Of a DNA stretch of 64,000 nt, positions 38,136 through 48,723 are shown one piece after another; position 1 is the stretch's first letter; each line of letters opens with the position of its first letter. Under the pieces are notes generated by a model. That model was not told the origin of the DNA, did not search any database, and worked only from the letters and a program-made list of their open reading frames with translations. This DNA comes from Alphaproteobacteria bacterium. Its GTDB lineage: Bacteria > Pseudomonadota > Alphaproteobacteria > MPNO01. The DNA lies in NCBI GenBank assembly GCA_964291675.2, contig OZ219866.1, positions 1,760,001 to 1,824,000 of the forward strand. The letters are read 5' to 3'. A program made the position numbers and the translations under genes.

Positions 38136-38981
38136 ATGGGCTTCCTCGACCGCATCGCCGAGTGCAACGCGCACGACCTCTCGGGCTTCCTGCCGTTTTG
38201 CATCGGCGATGCCCGGCCCGGCTGGGTGAAGCCCGGCTTCGCCCGCCGCCTGGCGGCGTTTCCCGAAACCTTCGCGGTCGACCAGGCGGGCGTGCGGACG
38301 GTCCCGGCGCTGGACGATTTCGAGTCCCGGACCGGAGCCGTGGAAGCGGTTGTGCGCGCGCTGTCCGATGCCGGGACGATGGGGCGCTGGCGCGACGAGG
38401 CGTATCCCGTGGGCGGTACGCTCGCCGGCCCGCATCTGATGCTGATGGACCGTTCGGCGATCCCCTATTTCGGGGTTCGCGCGTTTGGCGTCCATGTCAA
38501 CGGCTATGTTCGCGACGGCTCCCGCATCCTGATGTGGGTCGCCCGCCGCGCCCGGGACAAGGCGACCTATCCCGGCATGCTCGACAATTTCGTCGCCGGC
38601 GGGCAGCCCGCGGGGATCGGGCTGATGGACAACGTGATCAAGGAGGCCGGCGAGGAGGCCGGGGTTCCCGCCGAGCTCGCCGCCACGGCGCGGCCGGTGG
38701 GGGCGGTGACCTACTGCCAGGAGACCGCCGACGGGCTGAAGCCCGATGCGATGTATTGCTACGACCTCGAACTGCCCGCCGCGTTCGAGCCCGAACCCAA
38801 GGACGGCGAGATCCAGGAGTTCCATCTCTGGCCGGTCGAGCGGGTGATGGAGACCGTGGCCGAGACCGCCGAGTTCAAGTTCAACTGCAATCTCGTCTGC
38901 ATCGACTTCTTCGTCCGCCATGGGCTGATCGGTCCGGAATCCCGGGAATACTTGGATATTTTGCGCGGGCTCCGGCACTGA
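38136..38981 (+). CDS. DUF4743 domain / Nudix-like hydrolase
   Basis: [56 protein letters not shown]. Confidence 0.9.
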   Translation: MGFLDRIAECNAHDLSGFLPFCIGDARPGWVKPGFARRLAAFPETFAVDQAGVRTVPALDDFESRTGAVEAVVRALSDAGTMGRWRDEAYPVGGTLAGPHLMLMDRSAIPYFGVRAFGVHVNGYVRDGSRILMWVARRARDKATYPGMLDNFVAGGQPAGIGLMDNVIKEAGEEAGVPAELAATARPVGAVTYCQETADGLKPDAMYCYDLELPAAFEPEPKDGEIQEFHLWPVERVMETVAETAEFKFNCNLVCIDFFVRHGLIGPESREYLDILRGLRH

Positions 38982-39061
38982 ATTCGGGTAATGCGCGGCC
39001 GGCACAAGTTTTGTACGGTGCGCGCCGTCCCACCTGCTCGCTGACCCCGCGGGAGCGGCCG

Positions 39062-40234
39062 ATGCTGCGCAACGCCTTTCCCAGCCTCGATTTCGATCTC
39101 GGCGAGACCGCCGGGATGCTGCGCGAGAGCGTCGCCGATTTCGCCGCGGTCGAGATCGCCCCGCGCGCCGCCGGGATCGACGAGAGCAACGAATTCCCGG
39201 CCGATCTGTGGCGCAAGATGGGCGGGCTCGGCCTGCTCGGCATCACCGTCGAGGAGGACTATGGCGGCGCCGGGATGGGCTATCTCGAACATGTCGTGGC
39301 GATGGAGGAGGTGAGCCGCGGCTCCGCCTCCGTCGGGCTCTCCTACGGCGCGCACTCCAATCTCTGCGTCAACCAGATCCGCCGCAACGGCACCGACGCG
39401 CAGAAGCGGCGCTATCTGCCCAGGCTGATTTCCGGCGAGCATGTCGGCGCGCTGGCGATGAGCGAGCCGGGCGCGGGCTCCGACGTGGTCTCCATGCGGC
39501 TCCGCGCCGAGCGCAAGCGTGACCGCTTCGTCCTCAACGGCACCAAGATGTGGATCACCAACGGGCCCGACGCCGACACGCTCGTGGTCTACGCCAAGAC
39601 CGACCCCGATTCCGGGCCGCGCGGGATTACCGCCTTCCTGGTCGAGAAGGGGTTTGCCGGCTTCTCGACCGCGCAGAAGCTCGACAAGCTCGGCATGCGC
39701 GGCTCCAACACGTGCGAGCTGGTGTTCGAGGACTGCGAGGTGCCGGAAGACAACGTGCTCGGCGCCGTCGGCGGGGGCGTCGCCGTGCTGATGAGCGGGC
39801 TCGACTACGAGCGCGCGGTGCTCGCCGGCGGCCCGCTCGGCATCATGCAGGCCTGCCTCGATGCGGTCATTCCCTATGTCCACGAACGCCGGCAATTCGG
39901 CCAGCCGATCGGCGAGTTCCAGCTCATCCAGGGCAAGATCGCCGACATGTACACAATCGCCAATGCCAGCCGCGCCTATGTCTATGCCGTCGCCAGGGCC
40001 TGCGACCGCGGCGAGACCTCGCGCAAGGACGCCGCCGGCGCCATCCTCTACGCCGCCGAGCGGGCGACCGCGCTGGCGCTGGACGCGATCCAGATCCTCG
40101 GCGGCAACGGCTATATCAACGAGTATCCCACCGGCCGGCTGCTGCGCGATGCCAAGCTCTACGAGATCGGCGCCGGAACCAGCGAGATCCGCCGCATGCT
40201 GATCGGCCGGGAGCTGTTCCGCGAGACCGCCTGA
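39062..40234 (+). CDS. ivd: Isovaleryl-CoA dehydrogenase
   Basis: [63 protein letters not shown]. Confidence 0.96.
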   Translation: MLRNAFPSLDFDLGETAGMLRESVADFAAVEIAPRAAGIDESNEFPADLWRKMGGLGLLGITVEEDYGGAGMGYLEHVVAMEEVSRGSASVGLSYGAHSNLCVNQIRRNGTDAQKRRYLPRLISGEHVGALAMSEPGAGSDVVSMRLRAERKRDRFVLNGTKMWITNGPDADTLVVYAKTDPDSGPRGITAFLVEKGFAGFSTAQKLDKLGMRGSNTCELVFEDCEVPEDNVLGAVGGGVAVLMSGLDYERAVLAGGPLGIMQACLDAVIPYVHERRQFGQPIGEFQLIQGKIADMYTIANASRAYVYAVARACDRGETSRKDAAGAILYAAERATALALDAIQILGGNGYINEYPTGRLLRDAKLYEIGAGTSEIRRMLIGRELFRETA

Positions 40235-41841
40235 TGCCGGCGATCGGCAGCAAGGCCGACCGCCGCTCCGAGGATTTCAGGGCCAACGGCGCGGCCATGG
40301 AACAGGCGGTGGCCGAGCTTCGCCGCGTCGTCGCCGCCATCGCCGAGGGCGGAGGCGAGCGGGCGCGGCAACGCCACATCGCGCGTGGCAAGATGCTGCC
40401 GCGCGAGCGCATCGACCGCCTGGTCGACCCGGGCGCGCCGTTCCTCGAACTGTCCCAGCTCGCCGCGCACCGGGTCTATGACGAGGATGTCCCGGCGGCG
40501 GGGCTGATCGCCGGCATCGGGCCGGTGATGGGAACCGAATGCCTGATCGTCGCCAACGACGCGACGGTGAAGGGCGGCACCTACTTCCCCCTCACGGTGA
40601 AGAAGCACCTGCGCGCCCAGGACATCGCGCGCGAGAACAACCTGCCCTGCATCTACCTCGTCGATTCCGGCGGCGCCAACCTGCCGCGCCAGGACGAGGT
40701 GTTTCCCGACCGCGACCATTTCGGGCGCATCTTCTACAACCAGGCCACGATGTCCGCCGCCGGGATACCGCAGATCGCCGCCGTCATGGGCTCCTGCACG
40801 GCGGGCGGCGCCTATGTGCCGGCGATGTCCGACGAGGCGGTGATCGTCCGCAACCAGGGCACGATATTTCTCGGCGGCCCGCCGCTGGTGAAGGCCGCGA
40901 CCGGGGAGGTGGTCAGCGCCGAGGCGCTCGGCGGCGCCGACGTGCATGCCCGCGAGTCCGGCGTCGCCGACCATTACGCCGAGAACGACGCCCATGCGAT
41001 CGCCATCCTGCGCCGCGCCGTCGCCGCGCTGAACCGGGCCAAGCGGATCGATCTCGTCTGCCGCCCTCCCGCCGAGCCCGCGCACGACCCGGCCGAGCTC
41101 GCCGGCATCGTCCCCGCGGACTTCCGCAAGCCCTACGAAATGCGCGAGGTCATCGCGCGTATCGTGGACGCGAGCGAGTTCGACGAGTTCAAGGCGCTCT
41201 ACGGGACCACGCTGGTCACCGGCTTCGCCCATATCTTCGGCTATCCGGTGGGCATCGTCGCCAATAACGGCATCCTGTTCTCGGAGTCCGCGCTCAAGGG
41301 GGCGCATTTCGTGGAGCTCTGCTGTCAGCGCGGCATTCCCCTGGTGTTCCTGCAGAACATCACCGGCTTCATGATCGGGCGGCGATACGAGGCCGGCGGC
41401 ATCGCCAAGGACGGCGCCAAGCTGGTCACCGCGGTCGCCTGCGCCCGGGTGCCCAAGTTCACCGTCATCGTCGGCGGCAGCTTCGGCGCGGGGAATTACG
41501 GCATGTGCGGCCGGGCCTACGGGCCGCGCTTCCTCTACATGTGGCCCAACGCGCGGATCTCCGTGATGGGTGGGGAGCAGGCCGCCAACGTGCTCGGCCA
41601 GGTCCGCCGCGACGCGCTGGAGGCCGAGGGCGGCTCGTGGTCGGAGGAGGACGAGGAGGCGTTCAAGGCGCCGATCCGCGATCGGTACGAGCGCCAGGGC
41701 AACCCGTTCTACGCCAGCGCGCGGCTGTGGGACGACGGGGTGATCGAGCCGGCCGAGACCCGGTCGGTGCTCGGCCTCAGCATCTCCGCGGCGCTGAACG
41801 CGCCGATCGAGCGCACCCGGTTCGGCGTCTTCAGGATGTAG
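40234..41841 (+). CDS. mccB: Methylcrotonoyl-CoA carboxylase carboxyltransferase (beta) subunit
   Basis: [59 protein letters not shown]; ATG overlaps the ivd stop. Confidence 0.95.
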   Translation: MPAIGSKADRRSEDFRANGAAMEQAVAELRRVVAAIAEGGGERARQRHIARGKMLPRERIDRLVDPGAPFLELSQLAAHRVYDEDVPAAGLIAGIGPVMGTECLIVANDATVKGGTYFPLTVKKHLRAQDIARENNLPCIYLVDSGGANLPRQDEVFPDRDHFGRIFYNQATMSAAGIPQIAAVMGSCTAGGAYVPAMSDEAVIVRNQGTIFLGGPPLVKAATGEVVSAEALGGADVHARESGVADHYAENDAHAIAILRRAVAALNRAKRIDLVCRPPAEPAHDPAELAGIVPADFRKPYEMREVIARIVDASEFDEFKALYGTTLVTGFAHIFGYPVGIVANNGILFSESALKGAHFVELCCQRGIPLVFLQNITGFMIGRRYEAGGIAKDGAKLVTAVACARVPKFTVIVGGSFGAGNYGMCGRAYGPRFLYMWPNARISVMGGEQAANVLGQVRRDALEAEGGSWSEEDEEAFKAPIRDRYERQGNPFYASARLWDDGVIEPAETRSVLGLSISAALNAPIERTRFGVFRM

Positions 41842-41847
41842 CAGCGG

Positions 41848-43815
41848 GTGTTCCGCGCCGTCCTCATCGCCAATCGCGGCGAGATCGCCTGCCGCGTCGC
41901 CCGCACCTGCCGGCGGCTCGGTATCCGCGCGGTCGCGGTCTATTCCGATGCCGACGCCGACGCTCTCCACGTCCGCGCCTGCGATGCGGCGCTCCGCATC
42001 GGCCCGCCGCCGGCCCGCGAGAGCTATCTCGACGGCGAGGCGATCCTGGCCGCGGCGCGCGACAGCGGGGCCGAGGCGATCCACCCCGGCTACGGCTTCC
42101 TGTCGGAGAACGCCGACTTCGCCGAGGCGGTGGCGGATGCCGGGCGGGTCTTCGTCGGCGCGCCGGCGGCGGCGATGCGGGCGCTGGGCTCGAAGAGCGC
42201 GGCCAGAGCCCTGATGGCGGCGGCGGGGGTCCCGATCCTCCCGGGCTATCACGGCGACGCCCAGGACGACGACACGCTCGGCCCGGAGGCGGAACGGCTC
42301 GGCTACCCGCTGCTCGTCAAGCCCTCGGCCGGCGGCGGCGGGCGCGGCATGCGGATCGTCGAGACCGCGGACGCGCTCGGCGCCGCGCTGCAATCGGCCA
42401 GGCGCGAGGCCGCGTCTTCCTTCGGCGACGATCGCCTGCTGCTGGAGCGCTATTTGGCCAAATCCCGCCATATCGAGGTCCAGGTATTCGCCGACAACGC
42501 GGGCAACGCGATCCATCTGTTCGAGCGCGACTGCTCGGCCCAGCGCCGCCACCAGAAGGTGATCGAGGAAGCCCCGGCGCCAGGGCTCTCTCCCGCCACG
42601 CGGGAGGCGCTCGGCGGGACGGCGGTGGCCGCCGCCCGCGCCGTCGGCTATGCCGGGGCGGGCACGGTCGAGTTTCTGCTCGACGAGAGCGGCGCGTTCT
42701 ACTTCATCGAGATGAACACCCGTCTCCAGGTCGAGCATCCGGTGACCGAAGCCGTCACCGGCTACGATCTCGTCGAATGGCAGCTTCGCATCGCCGCCGG
42801 CGAGGACTTGCCGGTCGCCCAGGAAGCGGTCGCTCTCGACGGCCACGCGATCGAGGCGAGGCTCTGCGCCGAGGACCCGGCTGCCGGGTTCCTGCCCTCG
42901 ACCGGGCCGATCCGGCTGATGCGCCTGCCCGAAGACGACGCCCGCGTCGATACCGGCTTCGATTCGGGCGATGCGGTGACGCCGCACTACGATTCCCTGC
43001 TCGCCAAGCTCGTGGTGCACGCGCCCGCCCGCGACGCCGCCCGCGCGCGGCTCGCCGAGGCGCTCGGGGAAGTCGCCGTGGCCGGCCCCGCCACCAACCG
43101 CGACTTCCTCATCCGGGTCATCGCCGAAGACGCCTTCCGGGCCGGCACGCTCGATACCGGCTATCTCGACCGCAACCTGGAGGCGCTGACCGCTCGCAGG
43201 GACGATCCGCCCGACTCTGTCCTTGCGCTGGCTGCGCTGGCTGCGATGCGGGTTCAGGATTTCGGCGATTCCGCCTCGCCCTGGACCGCGCTGCGCGGCT
43301 GGCGGCTCAACGCCCCCGCCCGGCGCGCGGTCGACTTCCGCCTCGGCGGGGATGTCGCCACCGTGCTGTCTGAGGGGACGGCGTTCCGCTTTCCCGGCGG
43401 ACGCACGCGGCAGGTCCGCTCGCTGCCCTCCGATGCGCCGCAACTCGCGGTCGAGATCGACGGCGAGGCGCTGTCGGCGGTGGCGGTCTGCGACGATGGC
43501 GCGGCGACCGTCTTCACCTCGGACACCACCTGGCGGCTGGCGCTGTTCGATCCCGTGGCCGAGGCCGAAGCGGGCGCACGCGAAGCGCCACCCGCCGTGC
43601 CGCTCGCCCCGATGCCGGGGGTGGTGGTCGCGGTCAGCGTCGCCGGCGGCGACAGGGTCGCCAAGGGTCAGCCGCTGCTGGTGATCGAGGCCATGAAGGT
43701 CGAGCACACCATCCGCGCGCCCGCGGCCGGCACGGTTGACGCGGTGCACTACGCGGTGGGCGATCGAGTCGACGAGGGCGCGGAGCTCGCCGCCTTCACC
43801 CCGGAAGAGGCGTAG
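41848..43815 (+). CDS. mccA: Methylcrotonoyl-CoA carboxylase biotin carboxylase (alpha) subunit
   Basis: LIANRGEIA, HPGYGFLSEN, GGGGRGMR, ERDCSAQRRHQK, EMNTRLQVEHPVTE, EAMK biotin site. Confidence 0.95.
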   Translation: MFRAVLIANRGEIACRVARTCRRLGIRAVAVYSDADADALHVRACDAALRIGPPPARESYLDGEAILAAARDSGAEAIHPGYGFLSENADFAEAVADAGRVFVGAPAAAMRALGSKSAARALMAAAGVPILPGYHGDAQDDDTLGPEAERLGYPLLVKPSAGGGGRGMRIVETADALGAALQSARREAASSFGDDRLLLERYLAKSRHIEVQVFADNAGNAIHLFERDCSAQRRHQKVIEEAPAPGLSPATREALGGTAVAAARAVGYAGAGTVEFLLDESGAFYFIEMNTRLQVEHPVTEAVTGYDLVEWQLRIAAGEDLPVAQEAVALDGHAIEARLCAEDPAAGFLPSTGPIRLMRLPEDDARVDTGFDSGDAVTPHYDSLLAKLVVHAPARDAARARLAEALGEVAVAGPATNRDFLIRVIAEDAFRAGTLDTGYLDRNLEALTARRDDPPDSVLALAALAAMRVQDFGDSASPWTALRGWRLNAPARRAVDFRLGGDVATVLSEGTAFRFPGGRTRQVRSLPSDAPQLAVEIDGEALSAVAVCDDGAATVFTSDTTWRLALFDPVAEAEAGAREAPPAVPLAPMPGVVVAVSVAGGDRVAKGQPLLVIEAMKVEHTIRAPAAGTVDAVHYAVGDRVDEGAELAAFTPEEA

Positions 43816-44681
43816 CCGTCGAAGCCGTAGAGGCGGGCCGGGTTGTCGACCAGGATCCTGCGGCGCAACGCCTCGTCCGGGGCGTAGGCCAGCAGCAATT
43901 CGGTCAGCTCTCCGTCATTGGGCATGCGACCCGCGATATTGGGGTGCGGCCAGTCGGTTCCCCACAGCACCCGGTCCGGCGCGGCTTCGATCAGGGCGGC
44001 GGCGAAGGGGACCACGTCGTCGAAAGGCGGGCCGGCCGCCGACAGGCGCTCGGCGCAGGATATCTTGACCCAGAAATCGGCGTCGCGGAGGAACCCGAGG
44101 AGTTGCCGGAACGCCGGCTGGTCGAGCCCGTCGGCGACGCGCACCCGCGCCATGTGGTCGATCACCACCGGAACGCCCAGCCGCCCGAGCGCCTGCGCGT
44201 TCTCCACCACGTCATCGGCCTCAAGGTAGAGCACCAGATGCCAGCCGAGCGGCGCGATGCGTCTTGCGACCCGCGCGACGCGGGAGAAATCCGGCGGGCC
44301 GCTGAGATGGCGGGCGAAGCTCATCCGCACCCCGCGCACCCCGCCCTCGTGCAGCGCCTCCAGCCCGGCGTCGGCGACGGCTTCGCCGATCATCGCGACG
44401 CCGCGATAGCGCCCCTCCGACCGGGCGATGGCATCCAGCATGGCACGGTTGTCGTCGCCGTGGCAGGTCGCCTGGACGATGACCGCGCGGTCGAGCCCGA
44501 GCGTCGCATGCAGCCTCGCCAGCGCCTCGCGCGGGGCGTCGGGCGGCGTGTAGGAGCGCCTCGGATGGTAGGGAAACACATCTCCCGGCCCGAACACGTG
44601 GCAATGCGAATCGCAGGCGCCCGGCGGCAGCGCAAACGACGGCGCGCGCGGATTGGGGTCCGGCGGCTGGCAGGTCTTCAT
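43749..44681 (-). CDS. ligI: 2-pyrone-4,6-dicarboxylate lactonase-like amidohydrolase
   Basis: CDSHCHVFGP, VQATCHG.DNRAMLDAI, IDHM, LWGTDWPHPN, PNDG, LVDNPARLY. Confidence 0.85.
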   Translation of the reverse strand: MKTCQPPDPNPRAPSFALPPGACDSHCHVFGPGDVFPYHPRRSYTPPDAPREALARLHATLGLDRAVIVQATCHGDDNRAMLDAIARSEGRYRGVAMIGEAVADAGLEALHEGGVRGVRMSFARHLSGPPDFSRVARVARRIAPLGWHLVLYLEADDVVENAQALGRLGVPVVIDHMARVRVADGLDQPAFRQLLGFLRDADFWVKISCAERLSAAGPPFDDVVPFAAALIEAAPDRVLWGTDWPHPNIAGRMPNDGELTELLLAYAPDEALRRRILVDNPARLYGFDGYASSGVKAASSAPSSTRSPTA

Positions 44682-45796
44682 CCGACACCGCCCGGCCGCG
44701 CGGGCTCCGGCCCGCCGTTCCACACCGCGCGCGGGATCAGCACATTGCCTTCGAACAGAAGGCGCGCCGTGCGCAGCAGCGCGGCCCGCGTCACCGTCAG
44801 CGACCCGGCGTCGCCTTCGGCCTCCAGCTCGACGGAGAACTCGCCCGACGGGTGCTCCACCGAGATCAATCGCCGCGGACCCGGCGGCAGGCGCGCGACG
44901 TCGTGGGCGACCGAGCCTTCGATCACCGCGGCGGTCGCTACCGTCACCGCGGCCAGCACGCCGATCGCGGCATGGCAGCGATGCGGGATGAAGCAGCGCG
45001 TATTGAGCGCGCCGTCTCCCCGTGGCGGCGAGACCAGACAGAGCTTGGGCACCACCTTGTGGGCCACGTCGCCGAGACGCATCGCCGGGCCGATGGCGAG
45101 CCGGATCGCTTCCAGCCGGCGCCTGAAAGCCGCATCGGCCTCCAGCGCCACCGGTGACTCGGTCCCGGCCAGTCCGAAGGAAGAGGCGGCCATGATGGCG
45201 ACCGGCATGCCGTTGTCGATGCAGGTGATCTCGACACCGTCGACGGTGTCGCGCAGAGCGCCGGTCGGCAGCAGGCTGCCGCAGGCCGACCCCGCGACGT
45301 CGAGGAAGTCGATGAGTATCGGCGCCGCGGTCCCCGGCGCGCCGTCGATCCGGGCAGTCCCGTCATAGGTCACCGTCCCGCCCGGCGTCTCGACCGTCTG
45401 ATCGCACAGGCTGTCGGAGTTCACCATGCGGATGCGCAGCGTCGACCGGTCGCCTGCCGCCGCGACGAGCCCCCGTTCCAGCGCGAACGGGCCGACGCCC
45501 GCCAGCATGTTGCCGCAATTGGGAGCGGTATCGACCCGCGCCTCGCCAACCACCACCTGGGCGAACAGATAGTCGACATCGACTCCCGGCACGCCGGATG
45601 GCCCGACGATGGCCACCTTGCTGGTCAGCGGGTCGGCGCCGCCCACGCCGTCGATCTGGCGCAGATCCGCCGAGCCCATCGCCGCCAGCAATACCCGGTC
45701 GCGCAGCGCCGGGTCGCCGGGAAGGTCGGAGGCGAGGAAGTAGAGCCCCTTCGAGGTGCCTCCGCGCATCAGCGCCGCGGGTATGCGGGTCTGCAT
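44678..45796 (-). CDS. 4-oxalomesaconate tautomerase (PrpF/FldA/GalD family)
   Basis: MRGGTSKG, QIDGVGGADPLTSKVA, NCGNMLAGVGPFA, AGSACGSLLPTG, FIPHRCH, EHPSG, LLRTARLLFEG. Confidence 0.92.
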   Translation of the reverse strand: MQTRIPAALMRGGTSKGLYFLASDLPGDPALRDRVLLAAMGSADLRQIDGVGGADPLTSKVAIVGPSGVPGVDVDYLFAQVVVGEARVDTAPNCGNMLAGVGPFALERGLVAAAGDRSTLRIRMVNSDSLCDQTVETPGGTVTYDGTARIDGAPGTAAPILIDFLDVAGSACGSLLPTGALRDTVDGVEITCIDNGMPVAIMAASSFGLAGTESPVALEADAAFRRRLEAIRLAIGPAMRLGDVAHKVVPKLCLVSPPRGDGALNTRCFIPHRCHAAIGVLAAVTVATAAVIEGSVAHDVARLPPGPRRLISVEHPSGEFSVELEAEGDAGSLTVTRAALLRTARLLFEGNVLIPRAVWNGGPEPARPGGVG

Positions 45797-45957
45797 GTCC
45801 GGCCTGGTTCGCCCCGTAGTGAACTCCGGCATCCAACCGGGATACTAGCCGTCGCTGTCGCCGGCAAGGGGCGCGGGGCGAGACGATGGGTCGCGCTGGC
45901 GCCGGTGACCTTCGGCGTTATCATGATCGCCCAGCCCGGCGCCGGGAAAGGCGGTCA

Positions 45958-47022
45958 ATGTCCGGCAGTCGAACAGTCTCCGTGTCGCTCTTCGGCTCCC
46001 TTGCCTTGTGGCTGGCCGCCGCTCCGCCGGTCGGGCCGGCCCTGGCCGCGGAGGAGCTGCGCATCGCCTCCGGACATCCCGGTACGCCGTGGCACGCCTT
46101 CGCCGCCGTGCTTGCGCGGCAGTTCCAAGCCGCCGCGCCGGGCACCCGCGCCAGGCTGGTTCGCGGCGGCAACGGCTACTGGAACCCGATCGTCGTCAAC
46201 TCGCGGCGCGCCGAGTTCGGCCTATCGAACACCGCCTCGGCGGCCTGGGCCTATAGCGGGGACGAGACCGCGTACGGCAAGAAGAAATACGCCGACATCC
46301 GGGCGGTCATCGCGGGCTTGAGGCCGGTCTGGATCGTCCCGATGATGCGCGAGGGCTACATTCGGGAGACCGGTTCTTCCACCCTGCGGCGGGCATTGCG
46401 GGTGCCGCGGGCGGCGCCGCGGATCGTCATGCGACCCGCGTCCAGCGTCGTGCCGGTGGTCGTCGACAAGATCCTTGCGGCGATGGGCACGAGCCGGCAA
46501 ATCCTGCGCGAGCGCGGCGGCGACGTGCTGCAGCTCGGCGCCGCCCAGATACCCTCGATGCTCCGGGGCGGGCGGGCCGACCTCTATTTCGAAGCCGTCG
46601 GGCCGGGCCGCGCCGCTGCTCTCAAGGCCGCGCTCTCCGGCCATGTCCGCCTCGTCGATCTGCCTCCGGGTGCGCGCGACGCGCTCGGCGGGAACGGCCT
46701 GATCCCGCTTTCCCTGCCGCTTGGGCCGGAGCGCGAGAGCCGCGCGGTCAGCACGGTCGAGCTCGGCACCATGCTGATCGTCCACCGGGATGTCGGAAAC
46801 CGGCAGGTCTACCGCATGCTGGAGGTCCTGACCGCGGGCCGCGACGCGCTCGCCCGGAGCCATCCGGCCTGGCGCGACTATGCGCCGAGCCCCTATCGGG
46901 CGCTCAAGACGCGCGGCGTGCCGTTGCATCCCGCCGCGCTTCGCTTCTTTCGCGAGCGGGGCTGGCCCGAGCAGGCGAAGCGGGGGCCCATCCCGATCCC
47001 CCGCTCGAAGCCGGTCCGCTGA
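45958..47022 (+). CDS. TAXI family TRAP transporter solute-binding protein (divergent)
   Basis: Signal peptide (ALA), A..AYSG..Y, VY..LEVL, VPLHPAALRFFRERG. Confidence 0.78.
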   Translation: MSGSRTVSVSLFGSLALWLAAAPPVGPALAAEELRIASGHPGTPWHAFAAVLARQFQAAAPGTRARLVRGGNGYWNPIVVNSRRAEFGLSNTASAAWAYSGDETAYGKKKYADIRAVIAGLRPVWIVPMMREGYIRETGSSTLRRALRVPRAAPRIVMRPASSVVPVVVDKILAAMGTSRQILRERGGDVLQLGAAQIPSMLRGGRADLYFEAVGPGRAAALKAALSGHVRLVDLPPGARDALGGNGLIPLSLPLGPERESRAVSTVELGTMLIVHRDVGNRQVYRMLEVLTAGRDALARSHPAWRDYAPSPYRALKTRGVPLHPAALRFFRERGWPEQAKRGPIPIPRSKPVR

Positions 47023-47121
47023 AGGCGGCGTTTTCGCGCCCGGCCGACGGAAAGACTCGGAAGGAGGGCTGGAGATCGTCTATATCGTCGGCAATCCTTC
47101 GCGGAGCGGGGCTGTACGCCG

Positions 47122-47937
47122 ATGATCGATCCGCCGACGCCGATGATTGCGGTCTCGGGCGTGCGCAAGCGTCTCGACGGTGTCGATGTCCTCAGCGACG
47201 TCGATCTCGAGATCGGCCGGGGCGAGCTGGTCGCGCTGAGCGGGCCGTCGGGCAGCGGCAAGACGCTGCTGCTCAAGGCGATCATCGGGCTCATCGAGCC
47301 CGATGGCGGCAGCATCAGGATCGACGGGCAAGAGACGGTCGGCGCCGCCCCCGCCGCGCGCGAGGCCGCCACGAGACGCATCGGCATGCTGTTCCAGCGC
47401 TCCGCCCTGTTCGACAGCATGCCGGTGTGGGAGAACGTCGTTTTCCGGTCGCTCGGCGAGGGTTCGCTCGATCGCCGCTCGGGTTTCGAGGCCGCCGTCG
47501 AGAAGATCGCCGCCGTCGGGCTCGCGCCGGAAACCGCGGCGCTCTACCCGGCCGATCTGTCGGGCGGCATGCAGAAGCGCGCAGCACTCGCCCGGGCCAT
47601 CGCCGACGATCCCGAGATCCTCCTGCTCGACGAGCCGACGGCCGGGCTCGATCCGATCATGTCGACCGTCATCAACGACCTGATCCGCGAGACCGCTTCG
47701 CGGCTCGACGCGACGGTGCTGCTGGTGACCAGCGACATGGCCGGGGCGCGGCGGACGACCGACCGGTTCGCCATGATGCACGCGGGCGGTATCGTCTGGC
47801 AGGGGCCGACCGATTCGATCGGCGATAGCGGGAATGCGTTCGTCGACCGGTTCGTTCACCGCCGCGCCGACGGACCGGTCGGGACGCTGGGCGATACCGT
47901 CGGCAGCGACGAATTGCCGGGAGCCGGCGCGACATGA
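47122..47937 (+). CDS. ABC transporter ATP-binding protein, MlaF-like
   Basis: GPSGSGKT, GMLFQRSALFDSMPVWENV, LSGGMQKR, LLDEPTAGLDPI; H-loop reads VTSD. Confidence 0.88.
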   Translation: MIDPPTPMIAVSGVRKRLDGVDVLSDVDLEIGRGELVALSGPSGSGKTLLLKAIIGLIEPDGGSIRIDGQETVGAAPAAREAATRRIGMLFQRSALFDSMPVWENVVFRSLGEGSLDRRSGFEAAVEKIAAVGLAPETAALYPADLSGGMQKRAALARAIADDPEILLLDEPTAGLDPIMSTVINDLIRETASRLDATVLLVTSDMAGARRTTDRFAMMHAGGIVWQGPTDSIGDSGNAFVDRFVHRRADGPVGTLGDTVGSDELPGAGAT

Positions 47938-48713
47938 CCGCAAGACTGGTTTTTCCCGATGACGTGCGCCCGGATTTCGAGGGTTTCTCGGACGCCGCGT
48001 TCGGCTTCCTGGACGGGCTTGCGCGCAACAACGAGCGCGGCTGGTTCATCAAGAACCGGGAGACCTACGAGACCGAGGTGAGGTTTCCGCTCGAATGCCT
48101 GGTTGCCGAATTCCGCCCGGGCGGCGCCGGCAGGGGGCTGCCGGTGCGCGGGGATCCGACCAAGGCGATCTTCCGCATTTACCGCGATATCCGGTTCTCC
48201 AAGAACAAGCAGCCCTACAAGACCCATGCCGGAGCGGTGCTTTCGCGGACCGGCTCGCGCGGCGAGCCGGGCGTTGTCTATATCCACATCCAGCCGGGAA
48301 ATTGCTTCGTGTCGGCCGGGTTCTGGCGCGTCGACCCGCCGACCCTCGCGGCCTGGCGCCGACGCATGGTCGAGGACCCCGAAGAGTGGCTCGCCATCGT
48401 CGCGCCCTATGCCGAGGGCAGGGATGCCGCCTATATGCGGACCATTTCGGCCCTCAAGACGATGCCGCGCGGCTTCAGGCAGGATGCGGACTCGCCGGTC
48501 GCCGAATGGGTCAGGTGGAAGTCGTTCCTGCTGACCCGGCAGGTCGAGGACGGCGACGCGCAGACCCGCGGCCTCGTCGAGATCATCCGCGAGCACGCCG
48601 CGAAGGCGGTCCCGCTGCTCGAATACGGCTGGGAGATCGCCGACATGCCGGCCGATGCCGATCCGCGCCGGCATATGCGCGCCCCGCGTGCGGGGGACGC
48701 GGATTGGGCCTAG
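47934..48713 (+). CDS. DUF2461 (TIGR02453) family protein
   Basis: FLDGLARNNERGWF, FRIYRDIRFSKNKQPYKTH, YIHI.PG..FV.AGFW, LKT.PRGF. Confidence 0.92.
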   Translation: MTARLVFPDDVRPDFEGFSDAAFGFLDGLARNNERGWFIKNRETYETEVRFPLECLVAEFRPGGAGRGLPVRGDPTKAIFRIYRDIRFSKNKQPYKTHAGAVLSRTGSRGEPGVVYIHIQPGNCFVSAGFWRVDPPTLAAWRRRMVEDPEEWLAIVAPYAEGRDAAYMRTISALKTMPRGFRQDADSPVAEWVRWKSFLLTRQVEDGDAQTRGLVEIIREHAAKAVPLLEYGWEIADMPADADPRRHMRAPRAGDADWA

Positions 48714-48723
48714 ACTGGCCTGC

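Noticed and set aside
40159-43749. 1196-aa minus-strand ORF
   Set aside because: Antisense shadow of mccB/mccA
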